Assembly (NCBI RefSeq): GCF_036321535.1
Contig: NC_087437.1
Span: 29,142,001-29,206,000, forward strand
Source: Camelus dromedarius
Lineage: Eukaryota
Direction: 5' to 3'
Length of the DNA: 64,000 nt
The position numbers and the translations under genes were made by a program. Below, piece by piece: positions 37,423-50,900 of this stretch. Under the pieces are notes generated by a model that saw only the letters and a program-made list of their open reading frames with translations, searched no databases and was not told the origin of the DNA. The stretch's first letter is position 1, and every line of letters starts with the position of its first letter.

Positions 37423-38426
37423 TGAATTGTGGACTGGAAACTCTACCTCATTGGACCCAAGCATACCTGTGCTGTGGCAGTCACCTTAATCTGATTTGTC
37501 TGTCTGCCTTGCCTTGTAGACTGTGATCTCCTTGAGGACAGGGATCAAGATATATTTAAATGTTTAGTCCAGTCCTAAAAATACAAGGGAAGACCTCATT
37601 GATTAAGCTCACTACATGTTTGGTTGAATGAATGTTTCTAATGAATACATTTATGAATGAATGAGTAGTTAAAAAACAAAACCAACAAGGGCAGATTTAA
37701 TTCAAGGAAAGAAAATCTGTTGCTGAATGAAGATTTGTGCAATTAATTCCAAGTTTCAGAAGAAATAGTTTTGGTTTATTTGCACCATTGTTCTTCCCAG
37801 TAAATGTGGATAACCACAACAATAAAACTAAAACATCGTGAGCAATTGTTATGTAATATTTTTAATGTGATCACACAGTGTCTGGGACATACCTGTTCTT
37901 CACATTGTATATATCATTATGATAACACATTGTATTATATTACACCTATTATGTTAGAGTTTATTATTATTATGACTATTATTATTATGATTGTTCGATT
38001 TAACAGAGTTAATCATGCTCATGCTGGATATTTTAAAGCAGTTTCTTTCACAAGAGTCTCGGAAGTTCCCATCATACTTATCAAGGTGGGGCAGAATAAT
38101 AAATTCAAATGATGTGTTGAGTTTTTGGAACTTTCTTCCTTTGCTCAATACGGAGGGTTAATACTTGCCAGGGGCAAGCTCCTGGCCTCACACTGTTTTG
38201 TAACTTAATGTAGGCAAAATAGTACTGTTTTGACCATAGGCTAGAATGGACTAAAACCAGTTTCAGAATTTTATTTTCCAAACACATTCAAAATTTGGGT
38301 TCACAATAAAGTAGTGAAAATCATTTTTTCAACAGATGTATTAAGCCCTTTTTGCATCTATTGCATGGTATTAACTTCTGGGGATACAGAATTAACTAAG
38401 TCAGGATTCTGATGACTGTCAGGTGG

Positions 38427-38700
38427 TAGCTTACCTTGAACTACGTGGGTTTGAACTGGGCGAGTCCACTTGTACACGGATATTTTTCAGTAAGTATACA
38501 GGCCCTCGGTATCCACGGGGTTCTGCATCCAAAGATTCAATCAGCCACAGATCGTGTAATAGTTACAACCTGGACCTGTCATTGAATGAATCCACAGTTG
38601 CGGAGTCTGCTGACACTGGGGGCGAATAAGAGACTTGAGCATGTGTGGATTTTGGTATCTGCAGTGGGTCCAGTTGCCCTCGAATCTGAGGTTTGACTCT
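38427..38700. mobile_element. Tigger2-family MITE
   Basis: 'ccttgaactacgtgggtttgaactgggcgagtccacttgtacacggatattttt' and 'gacttgagcatgtgtggattttggtatctgc'. Confidence 0.8.
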
Positions 38701-38888
38701 GATTGCCCTCTCCAACTTTAGGATCAATGACCAAAAGGTACTAAGTCTTTTCACCTCTACTGTGTCTGGAATTAAATATAGAGATTGACTTGGTCTTTGA
38801 TAATTTTTGTATTGGCTTAGCATCCTTCTGCTAAGAAATCCCAGATGCTTTATAGATGTTAGCATGTTTATCTTTTTTTATCCATCAA

Positions 38889-39376
38889 TTTTATTTATTT
38901 ATTTTTTATTGCAGTATAGTCAGTTACAATGTGTCAATTTCTGATGTACAGCATAATGTCCCAGTCAAGCATATATATACATATATTCATTTTCATTAAA
39001 GGCTATTACAAGATATTGAATATAGTTTCCTGTACTATACAGAAGAAATTTGCTTTTTTGTCTATTTTTATATATGGTGGTTAACATTTGCAAATCTCAG
39101 ATTCCCAAATTTATCCCTTCTCACTCCCTTTCCCCTGGTAACCATAAGATTCTTTACTATATGAGTCTGTTTCTGTTTTGTAGATGAGTTCATTAGTGTC
39201 CTCTTTTCTTTTTCCTTTTTTTTAGATTCCACATATGAATGATATACAGTATTTTTCTTTCTGGCTTGCTTCACTTATAAAGATGATCTCTAGGTCCATC
39301 CATGTTGCTGCAAATGGCGTTATTTTGTTCTTTTTTTATTGTTGAGTAGTGTTTCATTGTATACCAGTCATCTATG
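38889..39376 (-). mobile_element. Young L1 3' end
   Basis: Same 3' UTR as 19168-19574, extending into the end of ORF2 ('gtccatccatgttgctgcaaatggc'). Confidence 0.88.
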
Positions 39377-40443
39377 TATCTTGAAATGACTACTCCCTTT
39401 ATTTCAAAACTGAACAAGACAATTCTTTGATTTTCTCCATGAAATTTTTTGCCTTATTTATTTATTTAGTTAGTTTTTCTCTTCTGGTTTTCTCTCTGTA
39501 ACAGTACTTTTTTTGAGGAAAGAGACCATATTTCATCTATTTTTGTATCACCAGGACCAGTCTTGGCTTTAGGCACCTCATAAGCACTATATAAGTGTTT
39601 CTGCAATGCACTAAAAGAAATTCTAAAACATTTAATTTAGTGCTTTTAAGTGTGAAAAACTAGAAATGTTTCTACAGAGTGGCTCCATATGAATTTTATC
39701 AAGCAAGGCATTTTAATTTAAGTCCTGTGAACTAATCTGCACCTTCTGCAGTCTCCACCCCAATATCTTTTCTTCCAGATGTAACTTGAAATCAGTGATA
39801 CATTCCAATTCATAAAACTAATCTCTAGTGTTACATCCTGTCTGCTTCATTCACTAGCTTTCCAACAATAATCTGAACTAGCCAGCACGTAGTCATCAGG
39901 AAATCTTTACTGGCGTGCTTCCAAGCCCTAGTCATCTTTTATGAGTCTTAACACTGTTAAGTCACATTGACTTAGGCTCAACCACATGAATGAAAATTCC
40001 ACGATCCTCTAAGCCACTACATACGGGTCCACAATTTACCAAGAGGCTGTATTTAGAAGTCCTTTTGCACATCAGTGCCTGCAATTTGGAGTGCATTTTC
40101 ATAAATTCCCAAACTAGCCCATCAAATCCTTTTGTAAACTGTTTAAAGACAGCTGAATCATAATGCTCATAGATAGATTCAAAGTTATGGATTCTGGGTG
40201 GTGGTGGATCTCTGGTGCAGGAAAGTGGGGCATAGGGACGGGGTTTGTCAGAGAGGGACTATATCCCTGAGCCTGAATAGACCAGAGGAACAAACCCCCT
40301 AGTCTTTGCAAAGCTTCTACAGCACCCCAGGGGGCACACACATGTCCATTACTTGCAGGTCACACATACCTTCCGGGACCCAGTGATGGGACGAAGGCAG
40401 AGGGCTGGCTTCCCAGGTTCTACACTTTACAGCTTTCTTTGGA

Positions 40444-40772
40444 CATCTCTGTCAACTTTTCCTGTAAAGGGCCAGGTAGTAAATATTTTGGGCTTTTCAG
40501 GCTACACCGTCCCTGTCACAAGCATTCAGCTCTGCTGCTGTGGTGTGAAAACAGCCAGAGACGACGTGTAAACATGAGCCCAGCTGTGTCAGAGTAAAAC
40601 CTCACTAACAGATACTGAGATTTGAATTCTGTATAATGTTCATGCGTCACAAATATTGTACATCTTTTGATTTTTTTTCTCACCCATTTTAAAATGTTGA
40701 AACACTTAGCTGTACTGGGCAAAGCAGACAGAAGCCTGGATTTGGCCCACAGGCCACACTTTGCCAACCCTG
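40444..40772 (+). mobile_element. MER58-like hAT-Charlie MITE
   Basis: 'aactttttcctgtaaagggccaggtagtaaatattttgggcttt' ... 'ggatttggcccacaggccacactttgccaaccctg'. Confidence 0.82.
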
Positions 40773-40790
40773 CTTTGAAACAACCCATGT

Positions 40791-40927
40791 GTTTTTTGGG
40801 GGAGTGGAGGGGAGGTAATTGAGTTTATTTATTATTATTATTTTTTTTTAATGGAAGTGCTGGGGATTGAACTCAGGACCTTGTGTATGCTAAGGATGCA
40901 CTCTACCACTGAGCTCTACCCTCCCCC
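40791..40927 (-). mobile_element. tRNA-derived SINE (Vic-1-like) with TSD
   Basis: SINE body; TSD aaacaacccatgt (40778-40790) / aaacaacctatgt (40930-40942). Confidence 0.9.
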
Positions 40928-43900
40928 TAAAACAACCTATGTCTAACTTCACACTTGCTAAAATCTCTTTTTGCCTCCCACTCTGTCCCTCTCAAGTACG
41001 CTGAATCCCTGTTTTGTTCAAAATCTGCAGAACGACCTTAGGCCAAAGCATCGCACATTCTGCTGTGTCTAACGTTTCCTTCCTGCCTTCCCATTTCCAG
41101 GGCATAGCTTTCTAGCTAGTTCTTAAGAAAAATTAAATGTGATTCACTAAGAAGTGCTGTTGGCAGAATATTCTTTAGAAAATACAGATCTGGGCCTGTC
41201 ACCTCAGTTCCAACATTTCCCTGTCTTACCTTTGATGAAGAGAAATCATTTAATCTCTTAAACGCGACTTGTTAAATCCTCGGCCGCCTGGCTGTCATCT
41301 CCGCATCAGATCTTGCTTCTCATCAGCTCTGTGATTCTCACGTGCACTACACACCCTCTGGCCAGGACATTTGTTTCCTTATTACCAAGCAAGCAGGGTC
41401 CTTTTCTGCCCTTTTGCCCTTGTGCAGACCAGGCCGTCTGCGTGGAACGCTTTGACCCCTCTCTCTGATGTGGGAACTTCTGTCGACCCTCCGAGGTCTG
41501 GCTCTGAAGTCACACTCATAGTGAAGCCTTTGCTCACACCTTGAGAAATCACTCTGAAAAAAAAATCATAATCTATTTTTATTATGACATATAACACATT
41601 GTTGTGTAACTATCGGTGTGTACACCTCTTCTCCCTACCAGATGGTGGTTTCAGGTGGGCAGGGTCTGTGTTTTCTTCATCTTCACAGATACCTTCCTCA
41701 TCTACCTGCAGGTCCTAGCCCCGAGTTGGCAAATAGTGTATTCCCTTGAAAGGTATTCAATTTAGCCCTGCCAGAGCGGTCTTCAATTTCAGAAGTGTCT
41801 ATTTGTTAACTCAAGTGACTTTCCAATTGGCAGAGTTTCAGGCTATAGTAAAATGAAGTAGACAAATTTGGACAGAAAAAATAAGGCAGCTGTAAATTGT
41901 TTGAAAGCTAGTGACCAAGGTAGCGCCTGATCCTGCGATGTTCCCTTGTCTACCACATCTGGGGAGCAGAGGAGGGTTTAAACGGCAGTGAACACAGACT
42001 CTGAAATGTGCCACATAGAATTAAACAATTTCAATACATGCAAAAGAGAGAGAGAAATGAACAACTTTTAGTCTAAAGTAAATGCCAGTGTTTCAAAGGC
42101 GGTCCTGTCGGGAAGATAAATTTAAACAATCTTCTGATTTCTCCTTGGTAATTTCTTTACCGTTTAGGCCCTTTCAATCTGATTTTTCAAAGAAAAGAAT
42201 AAGAGATCTCATTAGGTATTTTTAGTGGTTACTCACTTGTGAATAATGATTCATTAATTTGTGCGGTTTTCCTCGTTAGCAAAGTACTTTCACCTTGATT
42301 ACTATTTTGATTTTGATAGAAATCTTCAAAGGTTAGCAGTAGAGATTTCATTATTTATGGATTACAGCAACTTCCCAAACCTTGTTTTATTTCAACTTTC
42401 TAAACAGGGCGTTGTGGACTCATTTCGTCTCTCCAGTGCAGGGATTACACTCCAATTTTTAATGGGTCCGAAACAGATGTTCGTTACCTGGAAACTGGCC
42501 CCTTGAGGAAGCCAAAAAGACAACCAGACATGGTCCTTGCTTTCATGAAACATTCCCATTTACTTCTGCGTTATTTGCACCGTGGCCCTTTTGGTTATCA
42601 TTTCTGTGGTATTCAGCCCTCAACACTTTGCATCATGTTTGGTGCTCAATAAATTTTGGCTGAATATTAATAAAGGAAGGAGAACAAGAGGTTTTAAATG
42701 CCAGGGAGAAAAATGCTAAATGTACTTGTCACCAGTGAATTAACAATCAGTGACCCACTGACTGCCACTATGGGGGCAAAATTATTCAGGAGTACAGGGG
42801 AGAAGTTAAGTTTAGAAAGAGCCCGGTTGAATTCGTATTTCCTGGGGTCTTTTCAGAGACCATGGGTTTATTCATCAGTCAGGTTAGTCTGATGTCCCAA
42901 GTCAAGGGAGCTTGGAGACAATGAAGGAAGGGAAAGCAGGACGGCAGCCTAAGGAGAAAAATTGCAGGCAAGAGCCAAATCTGGGGAAGAAAAATTGCTG
43001 AAGACAATTCCCCACTGGATAAATTTGCCTAACTGAAGGTAAAAACCCTCAACTCCTTGATCTTTGGGTCTTTGGAATGTGGAAATAAAACTTTTTTTTT
43101 TTAATCGCTTTTTAATGGAAATGAATGCTAGTAAGTTAATAAATGTTTTAACATTTCTTGTGAGATGAGGTGCATTTTTAAAACTTGAGGGGAAAAAAAG
43201 TCCTAAAACAAATTTTGATCAGTCTAACTTTAGAATGTCAATTTAACTTGAGATTTGGTGTTGGGGCTCCTTTGAGTTGACTTCTCAAAAGCAAAATCCA
43301 CTTTGCGGTGTGAGGTTAGAAACTGTGTTAACATACATGAGAACTGTAATGGGATCTTGGGCATCATCGGTAACATTTGAATAGCTTTTCTTCAGCAGAC
43401 CTGCCACATAGTTTAAATAAATTTCTGCAGAAGGTATTTCAGGATCTTTCTGGTTAAGTGCACTAAACTTCAGTGAAGTATTCCATGCTGAAACTTTTTT
43501 TTTTCTTTTAAACAAATAGAAGCAGAGAGACCAGATTCCAGCAGCGGCTGCCATGGCCCACTTTTGAATTCCTGGCAGCCAAAGATTGCTTGATATGTAT
43601 CTTTGGTCCAAGTTACAAATTCAAAGGTTTTCTTCAACAAGGGTAGAAAAACAGGCACAAGGGTTTATCGCCTATCAGATGGCACAGCTGCTGTCTTCAG
43701 GGCTGGTGGAGGCAAGGAGATTAGGAGAAAGGCAGGTATTTAGATAAAGAAGAGTTTATCAGAACAGGAGTCTCACCACTGGACATTCAATCTTGCTTTT
43801 AACAATCCAAAAAGAATCAGTTTAATCGGCCTTTCCCAGCTTGACTTTGTGGTCTGTTAAAAGCTCTGCATATAATAATGTTGTATCACAAAATTGTGTA

Positions 43901-44058
43901 TATCAAGACCACAGGGGAAACTGAAATTAATTCATCAAGACAGTGAAATTTCACTTAATCAATGTCTCCTTTTTTTTCCCTCTTTAAATAAATTCTTATT
44001 CCTGGCCTTTATTTTTTATGGTGATTGCTTCTCTTGTAATCTAACTCTGCATAGGACT

Positions 44059-44188
44059 TTGAGAAGTGACACACTCATTTTCAGTCAATTTGTTTAAAAA
44101 GTGAATAAATAAGGAGTATTATAATAATTTAAAACTATACCAAAAAATTTAATTTCATATATTTCCTGGCTCTTTCTTTTCCTTAACA
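44059..44188 (+). repeat. Local direct duplication, copy 1
   Basis: aagtgacacactcattttcagtca...tttgtttaaaaagtgaata.ataaggagtattat...aatttcatata.ttcctggct...ttcttttccttaaca, shared with 45359-45505. Confidence 0.9.
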
Positions 44189-45084
44189 GTGTACCTATAT
44201 AATTTTTACATGGTAATTGATATAATTGTGTCAGCTTTATTTTTATTTATATAGCATTAGTTTATATCTCTAAATAGTGTTTGTATTTTAATTTTTAAAT
44301 TTTTAAGTTACATTGTAATCTAAAGAAATAATATAATACCATTTGTTAAAATGTTTCTGATTGAAGGCTCAGTTTTTATAAAAATTGTTAAGTGAGTAGA
44401 TAAGATAAGAATAATTCTGTATACATTATATTAAGGAGTCTGTATAACCTGACACTGTCATAGGAAGCACTGTTTTTTCATTGTAAAAAAGTAACTCAGA
44501 AGCACAAGATGTGGTACAATGATGCTGTTGTTTTGATTAATCATTTTCTTGACTTTCTGTGCCAGTTGACTCAGATTGTAAGTTTTAAGAGTATACAAAG
44601 AAAACCCAGGAAGACATAGCTCATCACAGACCTTTAATTTGTTAACCATTATAAGTGGACCACAGGAGACAAATAATAATGGGCCTTCATCTTGTCTTTT
44701 TCAAGAAATTGTGTTTGGCAAGCTGCTCTGATCCTACACCTGCTGCCAAGTTTTTCTTCTTAATGACTGACTACTCTTCCTACAACATTATTTGTTCACT
44801 CTGTATCTAAGTCAGGTGGCTGGCATCTTCTAACTAACACTGAGGGTCATACCTATTTAATAGGTTGAAAGGCTGGTCTCTTATAAAAACTAATTATTTA
44901 CATGTGTTGTATAACAGGAGGGAGGAGGGAGACATTCCATGGCAACTAATAGCGTGAGCTTTCCGGAGTCTTCATTTTTAACTCTCCTCCGACCACCCTG
45001 CAGTAATGATTCCTCCAGGGACCTGGGACTGCCACTTCCTCATTCCTCTGCACAGAGACAGCGAATGGTTAAATAGCCCGTCCT

Positions 45085-45295
45085 ATAGGCAAAGTGCTGT
45101 CCTAGACACTTTACTTACATGAATTATTTAATCTTCCCAACAACGCTGCAGCAAGCGTACTATTAATAGCTCCATTTTATAGTGAGGAAAATAAGAGAGG
45201 TTAAGTAACTTGCTCAAGGTCACTGCTAATGATGGGGGGTGGGGGCAAGATTCCCACCGTGTGGAAAGCAGTCCTGCTCCAGAGCCCATGATCTT
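45085..45295 (-). mobile_element. MIR SINE
   Basis: 'ccattttatagtgaggaaaataagagaggttaagtaacttgctcaaggtcac'. Confidence 0.75.
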
Positions 45296-45358
45296 CCCCT
45301 CTGTGCCTTCCCACCCACCCCCCGCCACCTCCAGCATCTCACAGGGCAGGGCAGGAAA

Positions 45359-45505
45359 TTGAAAAGTGACACACTCATTTTCAGTCATAATTTGTTTAAA
45401 AAGTGAATATATAAGGAGTATTATTAAAAAACAAAACCTATAGACTCCCCAGTATCTAAAAATATAGAGAATTTCATATACTTCCTGGCTTTCTTTTCCT
45501 TAACA
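45359..45505 (+). repeat. Local direct duplication, copy 2
   Basis: Colinear with 44059-44188, with a longer central segment. Confidence 0.9.
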
Positions 45506-47070
45506 ACTGTAATAGCATGCTCCCTGTTGGTATTAAGTAAGAAAGAGAGGATTAATAAAAGATTAACATTCATCATCTTGAAATGGAAAAGTAGACAAAA
45601 CACTGAAGACAGAAATTCATCCTAGGTGGTCACTTACTCAGGAGTCAGCATTTGTGCCCTCTCGCTCTCACGATTGCAGCTCACCCTGGCACTGCATGGA
45701 ATCTCATATCATCTTTAAAACCTTCTCTGAAAATATGCCTTCTACATAGGAAGATTGTGTTTACCTTACACTTTGCAGCTTGCATACCTGTTTCTGGGGC
45801 TATGCTGTTCTGCAATCTCTTAAATCGTTTTCAGCTTTTTGAGAAGGGGGAGGGGTCATTAGTCTTAGGTCACTTCAAAAGCAGTCATCTGTCAAATCTT
45901 TGGGTATAATAGAACACGGGTCAGTCGTCTATGGCAGGGGAGGGCAGATGAGGAGAGATAGGGACCTGGAACTGGACGCCCCCATGGAGCTGACACAGGC
46001 TGAAAAGTTGTCTGATCAATAGATTCCAGAAACGTGGGAGCCTGCAATGTCTCGCAGAGCAGAGAGCATGGTGGCACTCAGAGCCAGGAGGTGGAAAGCT
46101 GAGCGTTGATGCAACAAATGCTAACTACACGAGCTCGTGTGAGTTATTTCACTTCTCAGAATTCTGGATTTTTTAAAAGGCTGTTAGGATTAAATAAGAA
46201 AATAGATTAAGTGTGCTCTTTGAACTACAAATTGTTAAATACACTGGAGCTAATTAAAAAAGAAAATGGACAGTGGCACTAAATTAGACAAACAAGCTGA
46301 GTCTGAATCTCCGATGTGGCCTAACAGTGGGGTCCTAGCTGGTGGTTGAGTTGCCATGATGGGTCTGATGCGGATCTGAGCAAGAGTTGGAATCTTAGAT
46401 CTCTTAGATCTCTTAGACATATGTGAGCAGTTACCAGAACTCTAGCCTCTGGGCTGGGGTTTAGGTAGAAAGCCAGTTTTAAGTGTATTAAGATGCTGCA
46501 CAAAACTTTTGGTTATTGAAATATGGGGGAAAAAAAAATCCAAAACCAAAACAGCCAGTGCCCAGATTCTGGGTCACAATACTATTGCGAGAACGGCAAG
46601 GATCCCTTGAGTCTGCATCCCAGCGTTTGGGCTAAAGCGCCACCAGTCCTTCGGACTAACAGGTAGAGCTGAGTCTGCAGACAGGGCTCGGAGAGTGGGA
46701 TACAACGGCTGCCAAGTCGGGGGATCTGATACCGGTCTCCTGAACTAACAGACCACATGTGATTCTTGCGTTACAGAAATGGAGACAGCTTCTAGGAGGC
46801 GGAAAATGAGGACTCAAAGGTGACTTTGTGGTTTTTAGCCAGAGTGGCTGGGGCCACAGACACCTCATTTACCAAGGTTGCAAGTTGGCGGCCAAAGGTG
46901 GGAAAGAAGGGAGATGGGAGAAGAGTAATATTCTGGAAAGTCAGGATCATCGTTGGGTAGTCATGAGATGCTGTTTATATTGTATGCCTAGAACTCAGAA
47001 GGAAAATTAGGACAAGAGTGGTGACTTTGAGAAACTGTTCACAAAATACTTGCCTCCAAGTTTTTGGAAA

Positions 47071-47686
47071 GTGTTTCATTTCCTGGGGCTGCCATTACGA
47101 AGTACCACAAACTAGGTGGCTTAAACAGCAGAAATTTATTGTCTTGCAGTTGACAAGAATAGAAGCCTGAAATCAGGGTCTCAGCAGGGCTGGTTCCTTC
47201 TGAGGACTTTAGGGGAGACTCTGTTATATTCCTCTCTCCTAGCTTCTGGTGGCTCACGCGTTCTTTGGATGGAGATGGGTATTCACACAGTCTTCCCTCT
47301 ATTCATGTCTGTGTTCAGGTCCAAATTTTGCCCTTTTATTAGGACACAGTCATATTGGATTAGGACCTGCCCAAATGATCCCATCTTCACTGGATCATTT
47401 GCAAAGACTCTATCTTCAAATAAGGTCACATTCACAGGCACTGGGGGTTCTAGTGAGAGGCTCTTCCTGGTTACAGATGGCCAAATTCTCATCATATCCT
47501 CACACGAGGAGAGCAGAGAGAAGATGTGAGCTCTCTCATGACTCTTGTAAAGCCTTTAATCCCACTCCACCCTCATCTTATCTAATCCTAATTAGTTCCC
47601 AAAGGTTCCACTTCCTAATACCATTATATTGAAGGCTAAAGTTTCAACATACGAATTTGTGGGGGGACATAATCAGTCCGTAACAG
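47071..47686 (-). mobile_element. Composite of two MLT1 MaLR LTRs (junction near 47450)
   Basis: 'gggctgccattacgaagtaccacaaactaggtggcttaaac...tttgcaaagactctatcttcaaataaggtcacattcacagg', then MLT1A-like 'gagaggctcttcctggttacagatggcc...tttcaacatacgaatttgtgggggg...cagtccgtaaca'. Confidence 0.78.
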
Positions 47687-47854
47687 ACCTAACTCTAAGC
47701 TCAGTCATTACCATGGGATATGGCCACATTATTTAAACCCCGTGTCTCACTATCCTCACCTGTAAAATGGGGATGATAATAAAAGTTCCTACCTCATCAA
47801 GAGTGTGAATATAAAGATCAAATGAGTTGGGCTTAAAATAGTGTCATGTTATTT

Positions 47855-47947
47855 TTATGCATCAAAGGACACTAGCAACAGAGTGAAAAGGCAGCCCATG
47901 TAATGGGAGAAAATATTTGCAAATCCTGTCTCTGATAAGGGATTGAG
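47855..47947 (+). mobile_element. Short L1 ORF2 fragment
   Basis: 'gcatcaaaggacactagcaacagagtgaaaaggcagccc...tgggagaaaatatttgcaaatc...tctgataagggatt'. Confidence 0.8.
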
Positions 47948-49087
47948 TAGGTTTTACTGATTACACGTATTCTTTGATTTTTCTTTGCTTTTACAAAACA
48001 CCTACATTAGTACCTGTTTTTGCTAAGAGAAAAAAAAAATCCAAAGAGGCTTTTCTCTTTTACAAAAAAAGGAAAAAAGTGAAGATAGCACTCAGCCTTT
48101 GCTCTGCAGCAGCCCTTACCAGTGGCAGCGCGCACCTTGAGCCGAGCAGCAGTGAGAGGCCATCTCAGCAGGAAGCCACCATAGCTTTGAACGGTGTCTG
48201 TGGGTGTGTCTCTGCTTTATCTTGATTTACTCTGTGCATCTATTAGCAAGACATGTCCTAAGGTAATTGCTTCATCACTTTACCCCCACTAAGCTTAGGA
48301 AAGTTTGGATACCAGGGGAAGTCTGTAATTGTAACTAGATGAATAGCATTAAAGGCTCTTAAATTTCAAGAGCAAACATATCCCAAGTATTATGAAAATT
48401 AATACTTAGATTTAGAAATATTCCTGGCCGAAAACAGAAATGGAAAAACAGCTATCACATTTAAGTACCCCCAAATTTAAACCTTCGTTGGGGTTATTCT
48501 GAAATTAAATCTGAAGAATTAAACTAACCAAATCGTGAGAAGAAATGAAAGCTCTAGGGCTTTATTTGTGTACTCTCATAATTTTGCTAAAATATCTTTT
48601 AATTGGAAAGGTAATTAAGATCTTTTCAGCTTCTTAGTCAACTCAAGCAAAATAAGTACAGTCCTTGCCTTTTTAGTCATTTCAGTCTGTGTTTACTGAA
48701 CTGTGCTGTTAAGGTTAAAACTCAAATTAGTTTTCAGGGCACTTCATACTTGTTGAAATGTGGTAAAACAGTATTAAGCTTTCCATTTCTAGATATAAGG
48801 GGCCATTATTCAAATGTTGATACAGGTAAAACAAATTTTAGTAGTCAATTCACAATTTAAAAAACACTTTCTATTGATGTGTTAAAAAAAAAATTAGTTT
48901 CCCTCAAATTTCTCACTTCATGCTTCTTGCATTTAGTAGGATAATAGGTCCTTCACTCTCACTCTGCCTTCCTAGGATTAAGATACTGGATGATCTTGCC
49001 AGATTTTAATTTCTAGCTAAGTATGAATGGAAACTCCAATTATCAATGAGATTAGTAATTAAATTGGTATTTTCTTTATGTAACAGT

Positions 49088-49558
49088 CTAGTAAATTGAA
49101 TACTGGCTCCCAAAGATACCAGATCCTAATCTCTGGAACTTTTTATTTACCTTATTTGCGAAAAGTGTCTTTGCACATGAGATTGTATTAAGACTTTTGA
49201 GATGGGCAGATTATCCTGGGTTATCTGCGTGGTCCCTCAGTGTGACCCCATGGCTCCTTATAAAAGAGACATGAAGGGGGCTTGAAAATTACACAGAGGA
49301 GGACATATGAAGACAGAGGCACAGACTGGAGTGAAGAGGCCACAAGCCAAAGAGTGCCTATAGCCACCAGCAGCTGCAAGAGGCAAGGAATTCCCCCAGA
49401 GCCCCCAGAGGAAGTGCAGCCCTGCTGACACTTTGATTTTTGTCCAGTGATGTTGGCTTTGGACATCTGTCCTCCAGAACTGTAAGATAATAAATTTCTG
49501 CTGTTTTAAGCCATCCAGTTGTGGCGATTGGTTACAGCAGCCACAGGAATCTAAAACA
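49088..49558 (+). mobile_element. MLT1C/D-like MaLR LTR
   Basis: 'cccaaagataccagatcctaatctctggaac...gagatgggcagattatcctgggttatc...aataaatttctgctgttttaagcca...acagcagccacaggaa'. Confidence 0.85.
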
Positions 49559-50265
49559 AAGGTAAACTTTTACAGTGACAGATTTTCACCTAGTCACTTC
49601 AGTGTTGCAGGTAGTTCTGATGTTTTCAAAAAACCTTAGAGAGGAATGGTCTTAGGAGTTGAATTACAAGAATTCTATCTTTAGGGAGCCATAAAGAACT
49701 AGAAAAGAATGTTGCTGAGACATGATGAATCAGTAAAAATGGTATCCAGTAGCATAAACGATTTCATTAGCCTGTATATTGTTTTTGTAAAGAAGAAACT
49801 TAACAAATGTCAAAGAAGTAAACACTGAGTATTTTAATCTTCCTGTTAATTACCTTAAAAATTATTTTCCAAATTATAAACATAGCATAATCGCATTAAA
49901 TAACCTTTGCAAAATAGACAGGAACAAAGTCACAAAAAATTCTCAATACAATTATTATCATCACTTTCTTATATAACTTATATTCACTTTCCTTTTTAAA
50001 ATAGTAGTAGTCATTCAATGCCTACACTTTTATATTGATTTTTTTTCACTTAATACATATTCATCTTTTGCTGTTGTTACTTAGTCTCATAACAATTATT
50101 TTAAAAGATATCTTAAATTGCTGGCATGTGGGTATGCTGTAATTCAAGTGTTCTCTTGTCAGGAATATTCAAACTAACTTCTATTTTTTAAGGAAACACG
50201 GATGTCATCCTTTAAAAATTCCCTTATTAACATTAATAACATTAAAGAAATTGAGACCTACAGAC

Positions 50266-50485
50266 TAGAGCTTCTTAATCTCAGCACCACTGACATTTTG
50301 GCCTCAATAATTCTTTGTTACTAGAAGCTGTCTTGTGCATTGGAGAATGTTTAGCAGCATCCTGGTTTCTATTCCACTTGATGCCAGTAGCTTCCCTTTC
50401 ACACAGTTGTGACAACCAAAAATGTTTCCAGACACTGCCAAATGTGACCTGGAAGGCAAAATTGCCCCTCTGTTGATAATCACTG
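50266..50485. mobile_element. MER20 hAT-Charlie MITE
   Basis: 'cagcaccactgacattttgg...gacaaccaaaaatgtttccagacactgccaaatgt...gttgataatcactg'. Confidence 0.85.
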
Positions 50486-50559
50486 TCATAGAAGCTAAGT
50501 TCAATTTCAATCATTGCACAATCCAGTATTAAAATCCAAGTTTGATGCTTTTTATTCTG

Positions 50560-50900
50560 CTTTCAGTGGTCTTGTTCTCCTATTTCTGTGGAAACTTTTG
50601 AGCTCATGGTCGTAAGATGGCTGCTGCATCTCCAGACATCACATATACATTCCTGGCAGGAAGATGGGAGATTGACAAATTGGCAAGAACACTCTTCCTA
50701 AAGAGGCCATCTTTTTTAATGAGAGTGGATGCCCTCCCCAGTGACTCTTCCTACATATTACTGGTGAGAAGTGTACCACATAGCCACCTCTAGTCATGAA
50801 AAAAGCTAGGAGTTCAAGTTCTTGGTTTTAACAGCCTCTGTAATAGGGAGAATGGTATTTGTGAATGATTTTTGAATAGCCCATCCACACTGTTTGCTAA
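50560..50900 (-). mobile_element. Old MLT1J/K-like LTR fragment
   Basis: 'ctcatggtcgtaagatggctgctgcatctccagacatcacat'. Confidence 0.6.

Noticed and set aside
40321..40340. CTCF-like motif accccagggggcac (also agcgccacc at ~46636)
   Set aside because: Mismatches at core positions; expected by chance in 64 kb
43285..43611. 108 aa minus-strand ORF in unique sequence
   Set aside because: Crosses a homopolymer run, has no recognisable family and no clear splice context
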